Shown here: in pieces, positions 37,531 to 46,566 of the stretch
How the letters are laid out: each line of letters starts with the position of its first letter
Numbering within the stretch: the first letter of the stretch is position 1
Assembly (NCBI GenBank): GCA_963723105.1
Contig: CAVRPK010000007.1
Coordinates: 37,461 to 101,460, forward strand
Length of the DNA: 64,000 bases
Direction: 5' to 3'
Origin: an uncultured Candidatus Micrarchaeota archaeon
GTDB lineage: Archaea > Micrarchaeota > Micrarchaeia > Anstonellales > Bilamarchaeaceae
Notes under the pieces: generated by a model
Told to the model about the DNA's origin: nothing
Seen by the model: the letters and a program-made list of their open reading frames with translations, nothing else
Database searches by the model: none
Made by a program: the position numbers and the translations under genes

Positions 37531-38659
37531 GGATAGTATCCCACATTTTTTTTGCAAGCTTTCCGCTATACATCATCTTTTCTACTTCTGCCTTTTCTTT
37601 TCTTTTTCTGTGATCTACAAGAAATTCATTCACCTTTTCAATAAGAATTCCTTTCATCTCTCCAGAAAGAATTTTTCCAGATGTGTAGTCCTCGCGTATC
37701 TGCGCAAGTTTTTTATCATCGCCTTCAAACATTATTGAAAGCCATTGGAATGGAACATCTATTGTAGGGTCTCCTCCAAGTTTTCTGTGCTCTTCAACTG
37801 TATCCTTTCCACCAGAAAATGCATATTTGTTGATTTTTTTCTTTACTTGTTTTTCGTCATCAGTAAGCAGTATTGCAGTTTGTGCTCCTGCACTGGAGCT
37901 CATTTTTCCCTCAACTCCTTGTAGTGGTGGAAGGAATCTGCTATGTATCGCAGATGTTTTGTGGAAACCAAGACCTTCTGCTATGTCCCGCTGTATCCTC
38001 CAGTAATTATCCTGATCAATAGCACATGGGATCAAACACCTTTTTTTCTCAAACATTGAAGGTATTGTTTGAATTGCAGGATACATTGAAAGCCCAATAT
38101 TGGTAGAATCGTCAAATCCGAATACTGCCTTTACTGTAGATCCTGTAATCTTTCTTGCAGCTCGAAGAAGTAGAGGATACATGTTCCGGATATACTCACT
38201 GTCTTTGAAGATAAAAGTTCTATCTGGATCAAATCCAATTGCTGCAATATCTGCTATGTTTTCTGTAGCTGCATTTTGGACATCTGACCACGTATAATCC
38301 CGTTTATGCAGAAATCCTTCATCATCTGTGATCTCAATATACAAGTTGCATTTGAATTTATCCTGTAGCCATTTTGTCAATGTTAAAGGAACCATATGCC
38401 CAATATGCATTCCTTTACTTGGTTTCCTCCCCGTGTATAAGAAAAAACCCTTTCCTTTTTCATAATCATCAAGTATTAGGTTCAAATCTCTATGAGAGAA
38501 GAAAAAACCTCTTTGAAGCATCGGGTGCAAAGATCCACAAGTGCGTTCCAACCTTTCAGTTAGTTTTTCATCTATCCTGCTTGTGCCGAATTGCTTGATG
38601 AGTTTTTCATAATCAACAGAACCACTTACTTCCCACGGTGTGACCTTGAAATCTTTCAT
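37523..38659 (-). CDS. trpS: Tryptophan--tRNA ligase (archaeal/eukaryal type)
   Basis: VTPWEV, FFFSHRD, YTGR.PS..MHIGH, AIDQD, KMSSS and KYAFSGG. Confidence 0.97.
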   Translation of the reverse strand: MKDFKVTPWEVSGSVDYEKLIKQFGTSRIDEKLTERLERTCGSLHPMLQRGFFFSHRDLNLILDDYEKGKGFFLYTGRKPSKGMHIGHMVPLTLTKWLQDKFKCNLYIEITDDEGFLHKRDYTWSDVQNAATENIADIAAIGFDPDRTFIFKDSEYIRNMYPLLLRAARKITGSTVKAVFGFDDSTNIGLSMYPAIQTIPSMFEKKRCLIPCAIDQDNYWRIQRDIAEGLGFHKTSAIHSRFLPPLQGVEGKMSSSAGAQTAILLTDDEKQVKKKINKYAFSGGKDTVEEHRKLGGDPTIDVPFQWLSIMFEGDDKKLAQIREDYTSGKILSGEMKGILIEKVNEFLVDHRKRKEKAEVEKMMYSGKLAKKMWDTIHE

Positions 38660-38725
38660 ACCTGATAGAAGGAGAAAAGGGATTAAAAAAAGCACGAACC
38701 TTTTTAAGTCGCACTAGATATATTA

Positions 38726-39373
38726 TTGTGTATGGTTTCTTGTTCTTCTTTGCGAAAACCCTATACATTTAGGTCCAAAGCAAAGGCATTTGCACGTGGA
38801 ATGCCAGCATCTCCTCTTCTGGAAGTAGCCAAAGAAGGTTTCCTCGGAAAGCATTCTTTAACTTCTGCACAGGAGCAGAAGTATGTAGAGAGACTGCTTA
38901 CTCATGGTTCGCCTGATCTGTTCTGCGGAGTTCTTGAATCAGACTGCTCTGAAAATATCCAGGATTTGTTTGCAAGAGAGATTCAAACCCATTTCCAATT
39001 AAAGCTGCGACAAATGTCTTCTGTTTCATTTGCTATGCACGAATCTAGTCATCCCGTGGACGCATTCATTGATGCATGTGCTGCTGATGCACAAGAACTT
39101 TCAAAACTTCGAGAAAAAACAATTCGCGCTGTTGCATCAAAAAATATCACTTCTATCAGAGCGCAAAACGATCTTGCTTATCTCTTCCGGAACTATCCAA
39201 TTTTGGATGTTCTCTTTGTTTCAAAAATAACATGTCTTCCTGACCAACTGGATGCTCTTGTCCATACTTCTCTTCCTCCAGAATTGCTGAGAATATTTTT
39301 CGGACAATTCCATGATTCTCTCAAGATTCCGCGCAGCGAACTTGCACTTCCAATCACTCCGTATCTTCCCTAA
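38726..39373 (+). CDS. Hypothetical protein
   Basis: About 215-aa ORF filling the gap; 4-nt convergent stop overlap. Confidence 0.55.
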   Translation: MCMVSCSSLRKPYTFRSKAKAFARGMPASPLLEVAKEGFLGKHSLTSAQEQKYVERLLTHGSPDLFCGVLESDCSENIQDLFAREIQTHFQLKLRQMSSVSFAMHESSHPVDAFIDACAADAQELSKLREKTIRAVASKNITSIRAQNDLAYLFRNYPILDVLFVSKITCLPDQLDALVHTSLPPELLRIFFGQFHDSLKIPRSELALPITPYLP

Positions 39374-41307
39374 ATATACTGGCTGATATCCCTTCTTTTC
39401 ATTACAATTATTGCCTGGCCAATCCCCAGAATTGCAAATGCAATTCCCAGTGCAATCAGATTGGTTGAAGGGTCTCCATTTGTTATCAGGACTATTTTGA
39501 ACAGGTTGGTTATGTGCGATAGGGGCAGCAACTGTTGCAATGCCTGAGTATATAATGGCAATAAATCTGGAGAAAATAATATGTTGCCTAAAAACAGCAT
39601 TGGAATTGCAATTAGCAATGATGTCTGTATTGCTGCAGATTCACTTCTAGCATAAAATCCAACTATTATCCCAATTGATGATAGTACGAGTGCAGACATC
39701 ACAGTTCCTAAAATCACCATCATTATGTTCTCTGGCATGGCAACTGCAAAGAGTAAAAGCGCAACCACAAGTATCAAACCAATCTGCCCAAGAGATATCA
39801 AAGTAATAGATATCATCTTCGCAATAACGGCATTTCCCAAGGCTCCAGGCATCATCAAAAGCCGGACAATTGTTTTTCCTGTTTTCTCTCGAACGACGCT
39901 AATTGAAGCAAGCAAAAAACATGAAAACATTAGAGAAACTGCAATTACTCTTGGTAAAATGAAATCTACAAAACTATTTCTCACATACTGGTTTTCTACC
40001 TTTACAGATAATGGAGCTGCAATTGTTTCAGGATCCTTTGCCGTTTGTGCTGCAACTGTTCCTTGAAGCGAACCAATAAGATCATCCACGGAACTTGTTT
40101 GCTCAAGAACCTCTTCAAGAGTGCTATCTATGTCGTTTGTGGTGGAGTTTATCTCAGTAAATAATATTTTTAATTTAGTAATTGTTTCTTTGGATTCAAC
40201 AAGTGATGCATTAAGGGACGTAAGTCCATCGAGTACCTCTCCAAGTGTATTGCTTTGAGTTGTTTTTACCTCATTCAATTCAGTTCCATATCCCTCAAGA
40301 GAAATTCTAAACGATTGCAAAGTCACATTTAGCGATTCCAGTTCCAAAATCTCAGCTTCAATATCTGCAGCTTGTTGTATGCTTGTATTTCTCAATGATT
40401 CAAGAGTGAGGATATTTATCTCCAGTGCTGTTGCAGTTAGGTTGTCTGATGTTGAACTTTTTATGAACTCCAAAGCAGATATTGCCGTGTCCAGGGTATC
40501 TATTGTCTCATCTAGTTTTATTTTCTGATCAACTAACTTCGTATGGGTCTCTCCAACTGTGTCAATTGAATGATTTACTGCAAAACTTGCATTGTACAAA
40601 AATTCCTCACTTTTGATCAAGAAACTAGAATCATTTTGATCTGATATTTTATCCTGCATTAAAACTATTTCATCCGCCGCATTGTTCAGAGAGTTTTCCA
40701 AGTTTCCAATATTAATATTACTCATATTATCCTGAATCTTTACTAACTGCTCTCTTGTCTGTTCCATTTTACTTCTGCTTTCTTTTAGGTCTTCAGTCAG
40801 ATCTGCTGCGCTTTGGTTTAGCACATACAAATCTTCCCATGCTTCTGTTACGTAAGACTTAGTGAAGTTTGTTGAAGATGCCTGGATGACGGAACCCATA
40901 GCAGCAAGTATTGCCTCTTGAAGTGCAATATCTGAATTGTCGATAGCTATCCTCACTTCTGAGCTATCTCCTGATCCCAAAGCACTTTCGAAATCCTCAG
41001 GCACAATAATAATTGCCCGAAGCTTCCCATTTCTAAAATCTGTCATTGCTGTGCTCTCAGAATCATAGTTAATGAGATTGAATGCTGGAGACTCGTTCAA
41101 ATCTGAAAAGAGTACTGAAGAAAATGATGTGTTTGTTGGCCCAACGACTCCTACAGGAAGCCCCTGGATTTCAATTGAACCAAATGCGCTTCCCATAAGC
41201 AGCATAACAAAAACTGGGAATAGTATAAGCGCTGCCAGCATAGTGTGATCATGCATAGTTTCCAGGAGTTCCTTTCTAATCGCATATAATATTCTCATAA
41301 AAATCAC
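39370..41307 (-). CDS. ABC-2 type permease with long extracellular coiled-coil insert (YhgE/Pip-like)
   Basis: N-terminal KELLE..TM, about 300 aa of heptad-rich helix, then SVVREK and five C-terminal TMs (LLPLSH). Confidence 0.85.
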   Translation of the reverse strand: MIFMRILYAIRKELLETMHDHTMLAALILFPVFVMLLMGSAFGSIEIQGLPVGVVGPTNTSFSSVLFSDLNESPAFNLINYDSESTAMTDFRNGKLRAIIIVPEDFESALGSGDSSEVRIAIDNSDIALQEAILAAMGSVIQASSTNFTKSYVTEAWEDLYVLNQSAADLTEDLKESRSKMEQTREQLVKIQDNMSNINIGNLENSLNNAADEIVLMQDKISDQNDSSFLIKSEEFLYNASFAVNHSIDTVGETHTKLVDQKIKLDETIDTLDTAISALEFIKSSTSDNLTATALEINILTLESLRNTSIQQAADIEAEILELESLNVTLQSFRISLEGYGTELNEVKTTQSNTLGEVLDGLTSLNASLVESKETITKLKILFTEINSTTNDIDSTLEEVLEQTSSVDDLIGSLQGTVAAQTAKDPETIAAPLSVKVENQYVRNSFVDFILPRVIAVSLMFSCFLLASISVVREKTGKTIVRLLMMPGALGNAVIAKMISITLISLGQIGLILVVALLLFAVAMPENIMMVILGTVMSALVLSSIGIIVGFYARSESAAIQTSLLIAIPMLFLGNILFSPDLLPLYTQALQQLLPLSHITNLFKIVLITNGDPSTNLIALGIAFAILGIGQAIIVMKRRDISQYI

Positions 41308-42023
41308 CTTGCTGGTTTTACCAAATGCGCAAATACGTCTTCCATTTGCTTTAATTTATATTTTTTCTTTAGTTGCTCCGGAGTTCCACTGGCAACAATT
41401 CTTCCTGCAAACATAATAGCAACTTTTGAGCACAGGTACTCTATTTCTTCCATATAATGTGAGGTTATGATTATCGTCTTTTTTTCGCTTTGGAGTTCCT
41501 TTATCAATTTCCATATGTCCTTCCTAACAACTGGATCCAGACCTACTGTTGGCTCATCTAGAAAAATAATTTTTGGCTCATGAACTAGTGAACACCCCAT
41601 GTTCAGTCTTTTTTTCATTCCTCCAGAGAGTTTTGATGCCAGTGCATTTGCTTTTGATGTTAATTTGATCTGAGATATGATTTTCTTTACAATCTCTTGT
41701 TGTTTTGCCCTTCCAATGCCATACTGGGAGGCAAAAAACTCTAAATTTTCCTTTACTGTAAGCGTTTCGTAAAAAGAATCCTGCTGAGTGACAAACCCAA
41801 CATCGCGCCGTGCATCTTTTACTTTTCTGCCAAAAATATTGGCGTCTCCAGAAGAAGGTTTTAGCAATCCAGATAGCATATTGAAAGTGGTTGTTTTTCC
41901 AGATCCATTTGCTCCCAGAAATCCAAATGTTTCTCCTTCATCTACTGAAAATGATATTCGGTCAACTATGATTTTCTCGCCAATTACTTTTGCAAGTTCC
42001 TTTACCTCTAGAGCAGGTGCCAT
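41304..42023 (-). CDS. ABC transporter ATP-binding protein
   Basis: GANGSGKTT, LSGGM, FLDEPT and TSHYMEE. Confidence 0.95.
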   Translation of the reverse strand: MAPALEVKELAKVIGEKIIVDRISFSVDEGETFGFLGANGSGKTTTFNMLSGLLKPSSGDANIFGRKVKDARRDVGFVTQQDSFYETLTVKENLEFFASQYGIGRAKQQEIVKKIISQIKLTSKANALASKLSGGMKKRLNMGCSLVHEPKIIFLDEPTVGLDPVVRKDIWKLIKELQSEKKTIIITSHYMEEIEYLCSKVAIMFAGRIVASGTPEQLKKKYKLKQMEDVFAHLVKPAR

Positions 42024-42050
42024 ACTGGGATATATGCCTATGAGATATAA

Positions 42051-42968
42051 ATGTTTGCTGGGTATTTCTATCCGGTGGGCGAATTGCACGTAGATTTCAA
42101 ACACGCAGAATCAAGTATAAAAAAAGGCTCAAAAACATTTTATTTCGCTTCTCGATTTATGGGGCGCGAACTTCGTGATTCTTTTTATGCAGTATATGCT
42201 TTCTGTAGGCATACGGACAATCTGATTGATGACAATGAAAACAACTCTAAACTCCAACGTATTCTTATCCGCCAGTGGAAAAAGGAATTTTTAGACACAT
42301 ATAAAAATGACTATTCAACTAATCCAATTCTCAATTCCTTTGTTTACACAATGAAAAAATATTCCATTCCACTTCGTTATCCCCTTGAACTCATCAGAGG
42401 GGTGAAGGCCGATGTTAACAAAAAAGAATATGCGACATTTGCAGAACTTAGGCGCTATTGCTACCGTGTTGCTTCTGTTGTTGGAATCATGCTTACCTAT
42501 GTCATGGGGGCAGGAGACATATCCAAAGCAAAGAAATATGCAACAAAACTTGGCATTGCAATGCAGCTAACTAACATCCTTCGTGATGTTGGAGAAGATG
42601 CCCGCCTTGGCAGGGTATATTTCCCCAAAGATGAACTTGCCAGGTTTGGACTCACTCTCAAGGATATCCTGTCTCTTAAAAGGACCAAAAATCTCATTGA
42701 ATTTCTGAAATTCCAGATTGAGAGGGCACGAAGATATTATGCTGAAGCCGTTCGTGGAATATCCATGCTTCAGAAAGATGTTCGGCCTGTGATTTCACTT
42801 GCATTCACATTATATCGTGAAATTCTTGGTGTGATTGAAGAAAATGGATATGAAGTTTATTCCAAACGCGCATATGTCAATATTTTCAGGAAAATTTTTC
42901 TCTATCTCAGATTAATGTTCTTTGGATCTACTGTTCCTGTAATGCAGTTTTCTCCTGAAAAATTCTAA
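42051..42968 (+). CDS. crtB: Phytoene/squalene synthase family protein
   Basis: GSKTFYFAS, FCRHTDNLIDD, YCYRVASVVG, QLTNILRDVGED and GRVYFP. Confidence 0.88.
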   Translation: MFAGYFYPVGELHVDFKHAESSIKKGSKTFYFASRFMGRELRDSFYAVYAFCRHTDNLIDDNENNSKLQRILIRQWKKEFLDTYKNDYSTNPILNSFVYTMKKYSIPLRYPLELIRGVKADVNKKEYATFAELRRYCYRVASVVGIMLTYVMGAGDISKAKKYATKLGIAMQLTNILRDVGEDARLGRVYFPKDELARFGLTLKDILSLKRTKNLIEFLKFQIERARRYYAEAVRGISMLQKDVRPVISLAFTLYREILGVIEENGYEVYSKRAYVNIFRKIFLYLRLMFFGSTVPVMQFSPEKF

Positions 42969-43001
42969 ATAACTTAAATATTTCTCTTTTATTATCCTAT
43001 T

Positions 43002-44270
43002 ATGGATATTTCAGGGCTCAAGCATCTAATCCAATTAAGGCGCGATAAATGGAAAGATTCAGAAGCGCTCAAACAAATGCAATATAAAAAACTTGAGAAT
43101 CTAGTTGCCAGCGCAAGACAAACCCAGTACTATGGAAATCTGCTCAAAGACATCTCCCAAAATGATTTTTCTCTGGACATGCTTCCGGTTACTGAAAAAG
43201 ATGCTGTTCGGGGCAATGTTGATTCTTTTATACGAAAAGGAATCTCAAAACAAAACCTCATAAAGGTCAAAACTTCTGGCTCCAGCGGCCAGCCTGCCAC
43301 ATTTTTTTTGGATCCAGAAACATCATCTTATCGGAAGGCACTTACTTTTTTTATTGGTATTGAAGCCGGACGAACTCCTTTTGATGTTTTTACCTGGTTC
43401 CGTTCCCATGCCATCCCTGAACCTCCCAAACTCTATTCTAATTTGGGCCTTTACAATTGCCTGATCTTATACATGATTACTGATGAACGGAAAAACCTGG
43501 AATATGCTAAAAAATACAAATCAACTATCTTTGGAGGTTATCCATCGGAAATGCAGTGTCTTGCCCATGCCAACAATGAGCTTGAAAATCCTATCAAACT
43601 CAAATACATCTTTTCTGGTGCAGAGGTTTTGTCTCCAGCTACACGTAAATTTATTGAGGATTCATTTTCTTGCCCTGTTTTCAATGCTTATGCTTGCTGG
43701 GAATTTGGCCCAATTGCTTTTGAATGTCCAGAGGAACACAATCTGCACATTAATTCCAGGTCAGTTTATTTGGAGGTTTTAGATCAAAATGGAAAACCAA
43801 AGAAAAGCGGCACTGGAGAAATTGTTATCTCCGGACTTCTAAATACTGGGATGCCTCTTTTGAGATATCGCCTTGGAGATCTCGGAAGTCTTGGAGGAGC
43901 ATGTCCTTGCGGGCGCGGGCACCAAGTGCTCAAATCTATTGAAGGAAGGTCAGATGACTGGATTGTTCTTCCTAGTGGAAGAGTTCGTCCTGCGTTTTCC
44001 ATGAATCTTGGCGATCGGGACGATGTGATTGCTGAAGCCTGGACTCATCAATTAGTACAGGAAAAACCAAATCTTTTTGTTTTTCGCTATGTTCCAAGTA
44101 GGAAAGGCCTTAATGATACTTCTAAATCCGAACTTCAAACAATCGTTCAAAATGCATGTTTGGGAGAGAAAGTATCTCTTGAATTTGAAGAAGTAGATTC
44201 CATTCCGCGTGGCAGAGCGGGCAAAGCTCACCGCGTGATTTCTAAAGTAAACCCGCCTAATCGATTTTGA
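43002..44270 (+). CDS. Phenylacetate--CoA ligase / CapK-like adenylate-forming enzyme
   Basis: TSGSSGQP, GYPS, YACWEFG, MPLLRYRLGD and EGRSDD. Confidence 0.88.
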   Translation: MDISGLKHLIQLRRDKWKDSEALKQMQYKKLENLVASARQTQYYGNLLKDISQNDFSLDMLPVTEKDAVRGNVDSFIRKGISKQNLIKVKTSGSSGQPATFFLDPETSSYRKALTFFIGIEAGRTPFDVFTWFRSHAIPEPPKLYSNLGLYNCLILYMITDERKNLEYAKKYKSTIFGGYPSEMQCLAHANNELENPIKLKYIFSGAEVLSPATRKFIEDSFSCPVFNAYACWEFGPIAFECPEEHNLHINSRSVYLEVLDQNGKPKKSGTGEIVISGLLNTGMPLLRYRLGDLGSLGGACPCGRGHQVLKSIEGRSDDWIVLPSGRVRPAFSMNLGDRDDVIAEAWTHQLVQEKPNLFVFRYVPSRKGLNDTSKSELQTIVQNACLGEKVSLEFEEVDSIPRGRAGKAHRVISKVNPPNRF

Positions 44271-45285
44271 ATCTCAAAAGAGCAGCAATTTTTCCAAATC
44301 CCTTTAATTTGGCACCTGCATCTCCTTCAGATGAAAAAATTACTATTTCTGCTTTCGCCTTATCTGCATGATCTACAACTGCTTCTGCTTTTTTGTCTGT
44401 TCTAAGATATTCGTCTAAAACCAGAAGTTTTCCAATTGCTTTAGCTTCTCCTGCGCGTTTAACTTCTGCAATTCCATATACTGCATTTCCAGATTCTTTG
44501 TAAATTTCTGTTAGGAGCTCCTCAACTAATTTCATCTCAGTTTCAAAACGCTCTTCTCCCATAATTTTTTCAATTACTCCACGTTTGAAAAGTTCATTTA
44601 CTCCATTTCTCTCAGCATAGCTTACACTTTCAAAAATAATCTTGTTGAGAAGTTCTGGTTTTCTTTGTTTTATGAAATTCTTCAGATTATCCTTTGTGAA
44701 TCCCGGCCCGGCCACAATGAATTTTTCTGGATGTCTTTCAATCTCAGCTACCACTTGGCCAAAATAAGATTGTTCTGATTGTTCATACTTATCATCTCTC
44801 TTACTTCCACTGTTTCTGAATTCAGCGCCATATTCTACTCCAAAAGACCTGAGCATTGCAGTGAGTGCTTTTTCCTCATCCATTACAATAATCCTGATCT
44901 TTGGTTTTTTGGATTCTTTTTCTGCTTGCTGTAATCTTTTGATCTGGTGTCCCTTCCAGTTTTTATAAATCTTTAATCTGTCTCCTTCTGCAGCTTCGAT
45001 TGTGTGATGGCGCCCAAGCTGAACATATTCTTCAGGAGTTCCCCATACAATTATTCCAAGAATCCTTAATCTATTAGAGGTTTTTGAAAATTCGATTCTC
45101 TCAGCTTTTATCCTAAGTGTAACTGGTTTTTTCTCTTCTTTGGTTCCAACTTTGTAGGTTCTCATGGTGCGTGATTCAACGAGATCTGCCGGGGATAATA
45201 TCTTTTCCAGATGCCACATATCATCTAATGTATCTATCTGGAGTTTCATCTCACCTAGCTTTCTATCAAAGTGAATTATCCTCAT
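44257..45285 (-). CDS. pelA: Pelota mRNA surveillance / ribosome rescue factor
   Basis: TLDDMWHL, LGRHHT, AGPGFTK and GKIAALLRF. Confidence 0.95.
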   Translation of the reverse strand: MRIIHFDRKLGEMKLQIDTLDDMWHLEKILSPADLVESRTMRTYKVGTKEEKKPVTLRIKAERIEFSKTSNRLRILGIIVWGTPEEYVQLGRHHTIEAAEGDRLKIYKNWKGHQIKRLQQAEKESKKPKIRIIVMDEEKALTAMLRSFGVEYGAEFRNSGSKRDDKYEQSEQSYFGQVVAEIERHPEKFIVAGPGFTKDNLKNFIKQRKPELLNKIIFESVSYAERNGVNELFKRGVIEKIMGEERFETEMKLVEELLTEIYKESGNAVYGIAEVKRAGEAKAIGKLLVLDEYLRTDKKAEAVVDHADKAKAEIVIFSSEGDAGAKLKGFGKIAALLRFKID

Positions 45286-45327
45286 TTGAACCTACCTTTA
45301 ATATATTTGCGAATATCACCTACTAAT

Positions 45328-45915
45328 ATGGGGACTAGTATAAAAATGGAAAGCCAGACAATGTGCTCTGGCTGTCCTGGTCACTGCTGCAAGATTAATG
45401 CCGAAGTTACTGCTTTTGATATTGCCAGAATTGCAATACTTGAAAAGATGGAAATTATTGATTTTGTTCATGCTTCTGAATCATCCGATGAATATGGCTT
45501 CAAAGCTCTGGGTAGCAAATACTCCTTTATTCTGATGCACAAAAACAACGCATGCATCTTCTATAATAAAAAAAATGGGATTGGCTGCTCTATCGAAGAC
45601 TCAAAACCTAGTGTCTGTTTAGCATATCCATTTTCGATAACTCGGGGCATTCCTGTTCTTAGAGATGATGTACTGTGTCCCCCTGCAAATTTCAAATTAG
45701 CTGACTGGGACAAAATGTCTAAACAAACCATAGAGGATTACTTTTGGGAATGGGAACAGTACTTACTCATCATGGACGATTGGAATTCCTTTTCCAAAGG
45801 AACAGAAAAACCGCATGAATTTCTAGAACACGCTCTTTGGTCAATAGAACATCGCAAATATCCTCTTGGACAGCTACATTATCGAGCTCATATTCTTTTC
45901 AAGAAATATTTTTGA
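45328..45915 (+). CDS. YkgJ-family cysteine-cluster (Zn/Fe-chelating) protein
   Basis: CSGCPGHCC, CIFY, CSI..KPSVCLAYPF. Confidence 0.85.
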   Translation: MGTSIKMESQTMCSGCPGHCCKINAEVTAFDIARIAILEKMEIIDFVHASESSDEYGFKALGSKYSFILMHKNNACIFYNKKNGIGCSIEDSKPSVCLAYPFSITRGIPVLRDDVLCPPANFKLADWDKMSKQTIEDYFWEWEQYLLIMDDWNSFSKGTEKPHEFLEHALWSIEHRKYPLGQLHYRAHILFKKYF

Positions 45916-46426
45916 TGATCTCTTCCAGTGTATCTTCAATGTTGAATCTGTCTGTGATTATCGTATCATTAACTAGAACTTGCGGGACAAGTTGCTTCGA
46001 AGTACTAAGGTTATATTTCTCTGCAAATTGCACGTATGCTTTGCTTCCATTTGCGCTTGCAAGAGAATAATTGATAAAAACAATATTTGGATATTTTTCT
46101 TCGAGATCTGCAATTGTTTGATATGTTTCCCTACATGCCGAGCATCCTGGCGAATGGAAGAAATAAACAATCATTGATCCGTTTTCAGCTGTTTTATTAA
46201 ACTCAAAAATAGGTTCTTCTGGAAAAATTGTATCTGTATTCATGACATCTGCATGGAGATCATTGTCTGTTGAGTTTGCGGAGATATTCCCTTCAATTGC
46301 TTCAATCTCATGTTCAAAAATTTTGCTATCGTTTATTGTTTTGTTTTCTACTATTTCTATGCCTTGAGTTTCTGAAACGCAGCCAAATAGCAGCATGAAT
46401 GATATGATTACAAAGTGCAGTTGCAT
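45899..46426 (-). CDS. Thioredoxin/glutaredoxin-like lipoprotein
   Basis: Lipobox LLFGC; VYFFHSPGCSAC; cis-Pro motif VPQ. Confidence 0.82.
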   Translation of the reverse strand: MQLHFVIISFMLLFGCVSETQGIEIVENKTINDSKIFEHEIEAIEGNISANSTDNDLHADVMNTDTIFPEEPIFEFNKTAENGSMIVYFFHSPGCSACRETYQTIADLEEKYPNIVFINYSLASANGSKAYVQFAEKYNLSTSKQLVPQVLVNDTIITDRFNIEDTLEEIIKNIS

Positions 46427-46566
46427 ATGATCGTTTTACTCTCTGAAGATTTAATATATTGATTGTTGATCTACACACTCATATCCTGCTTTTTTAGCCA
46501 TGTCCACACTTGTTTTTACAAAACCTATATCTAGTTCAATTCTTCACGGTATTCTGGGGGGATGGA

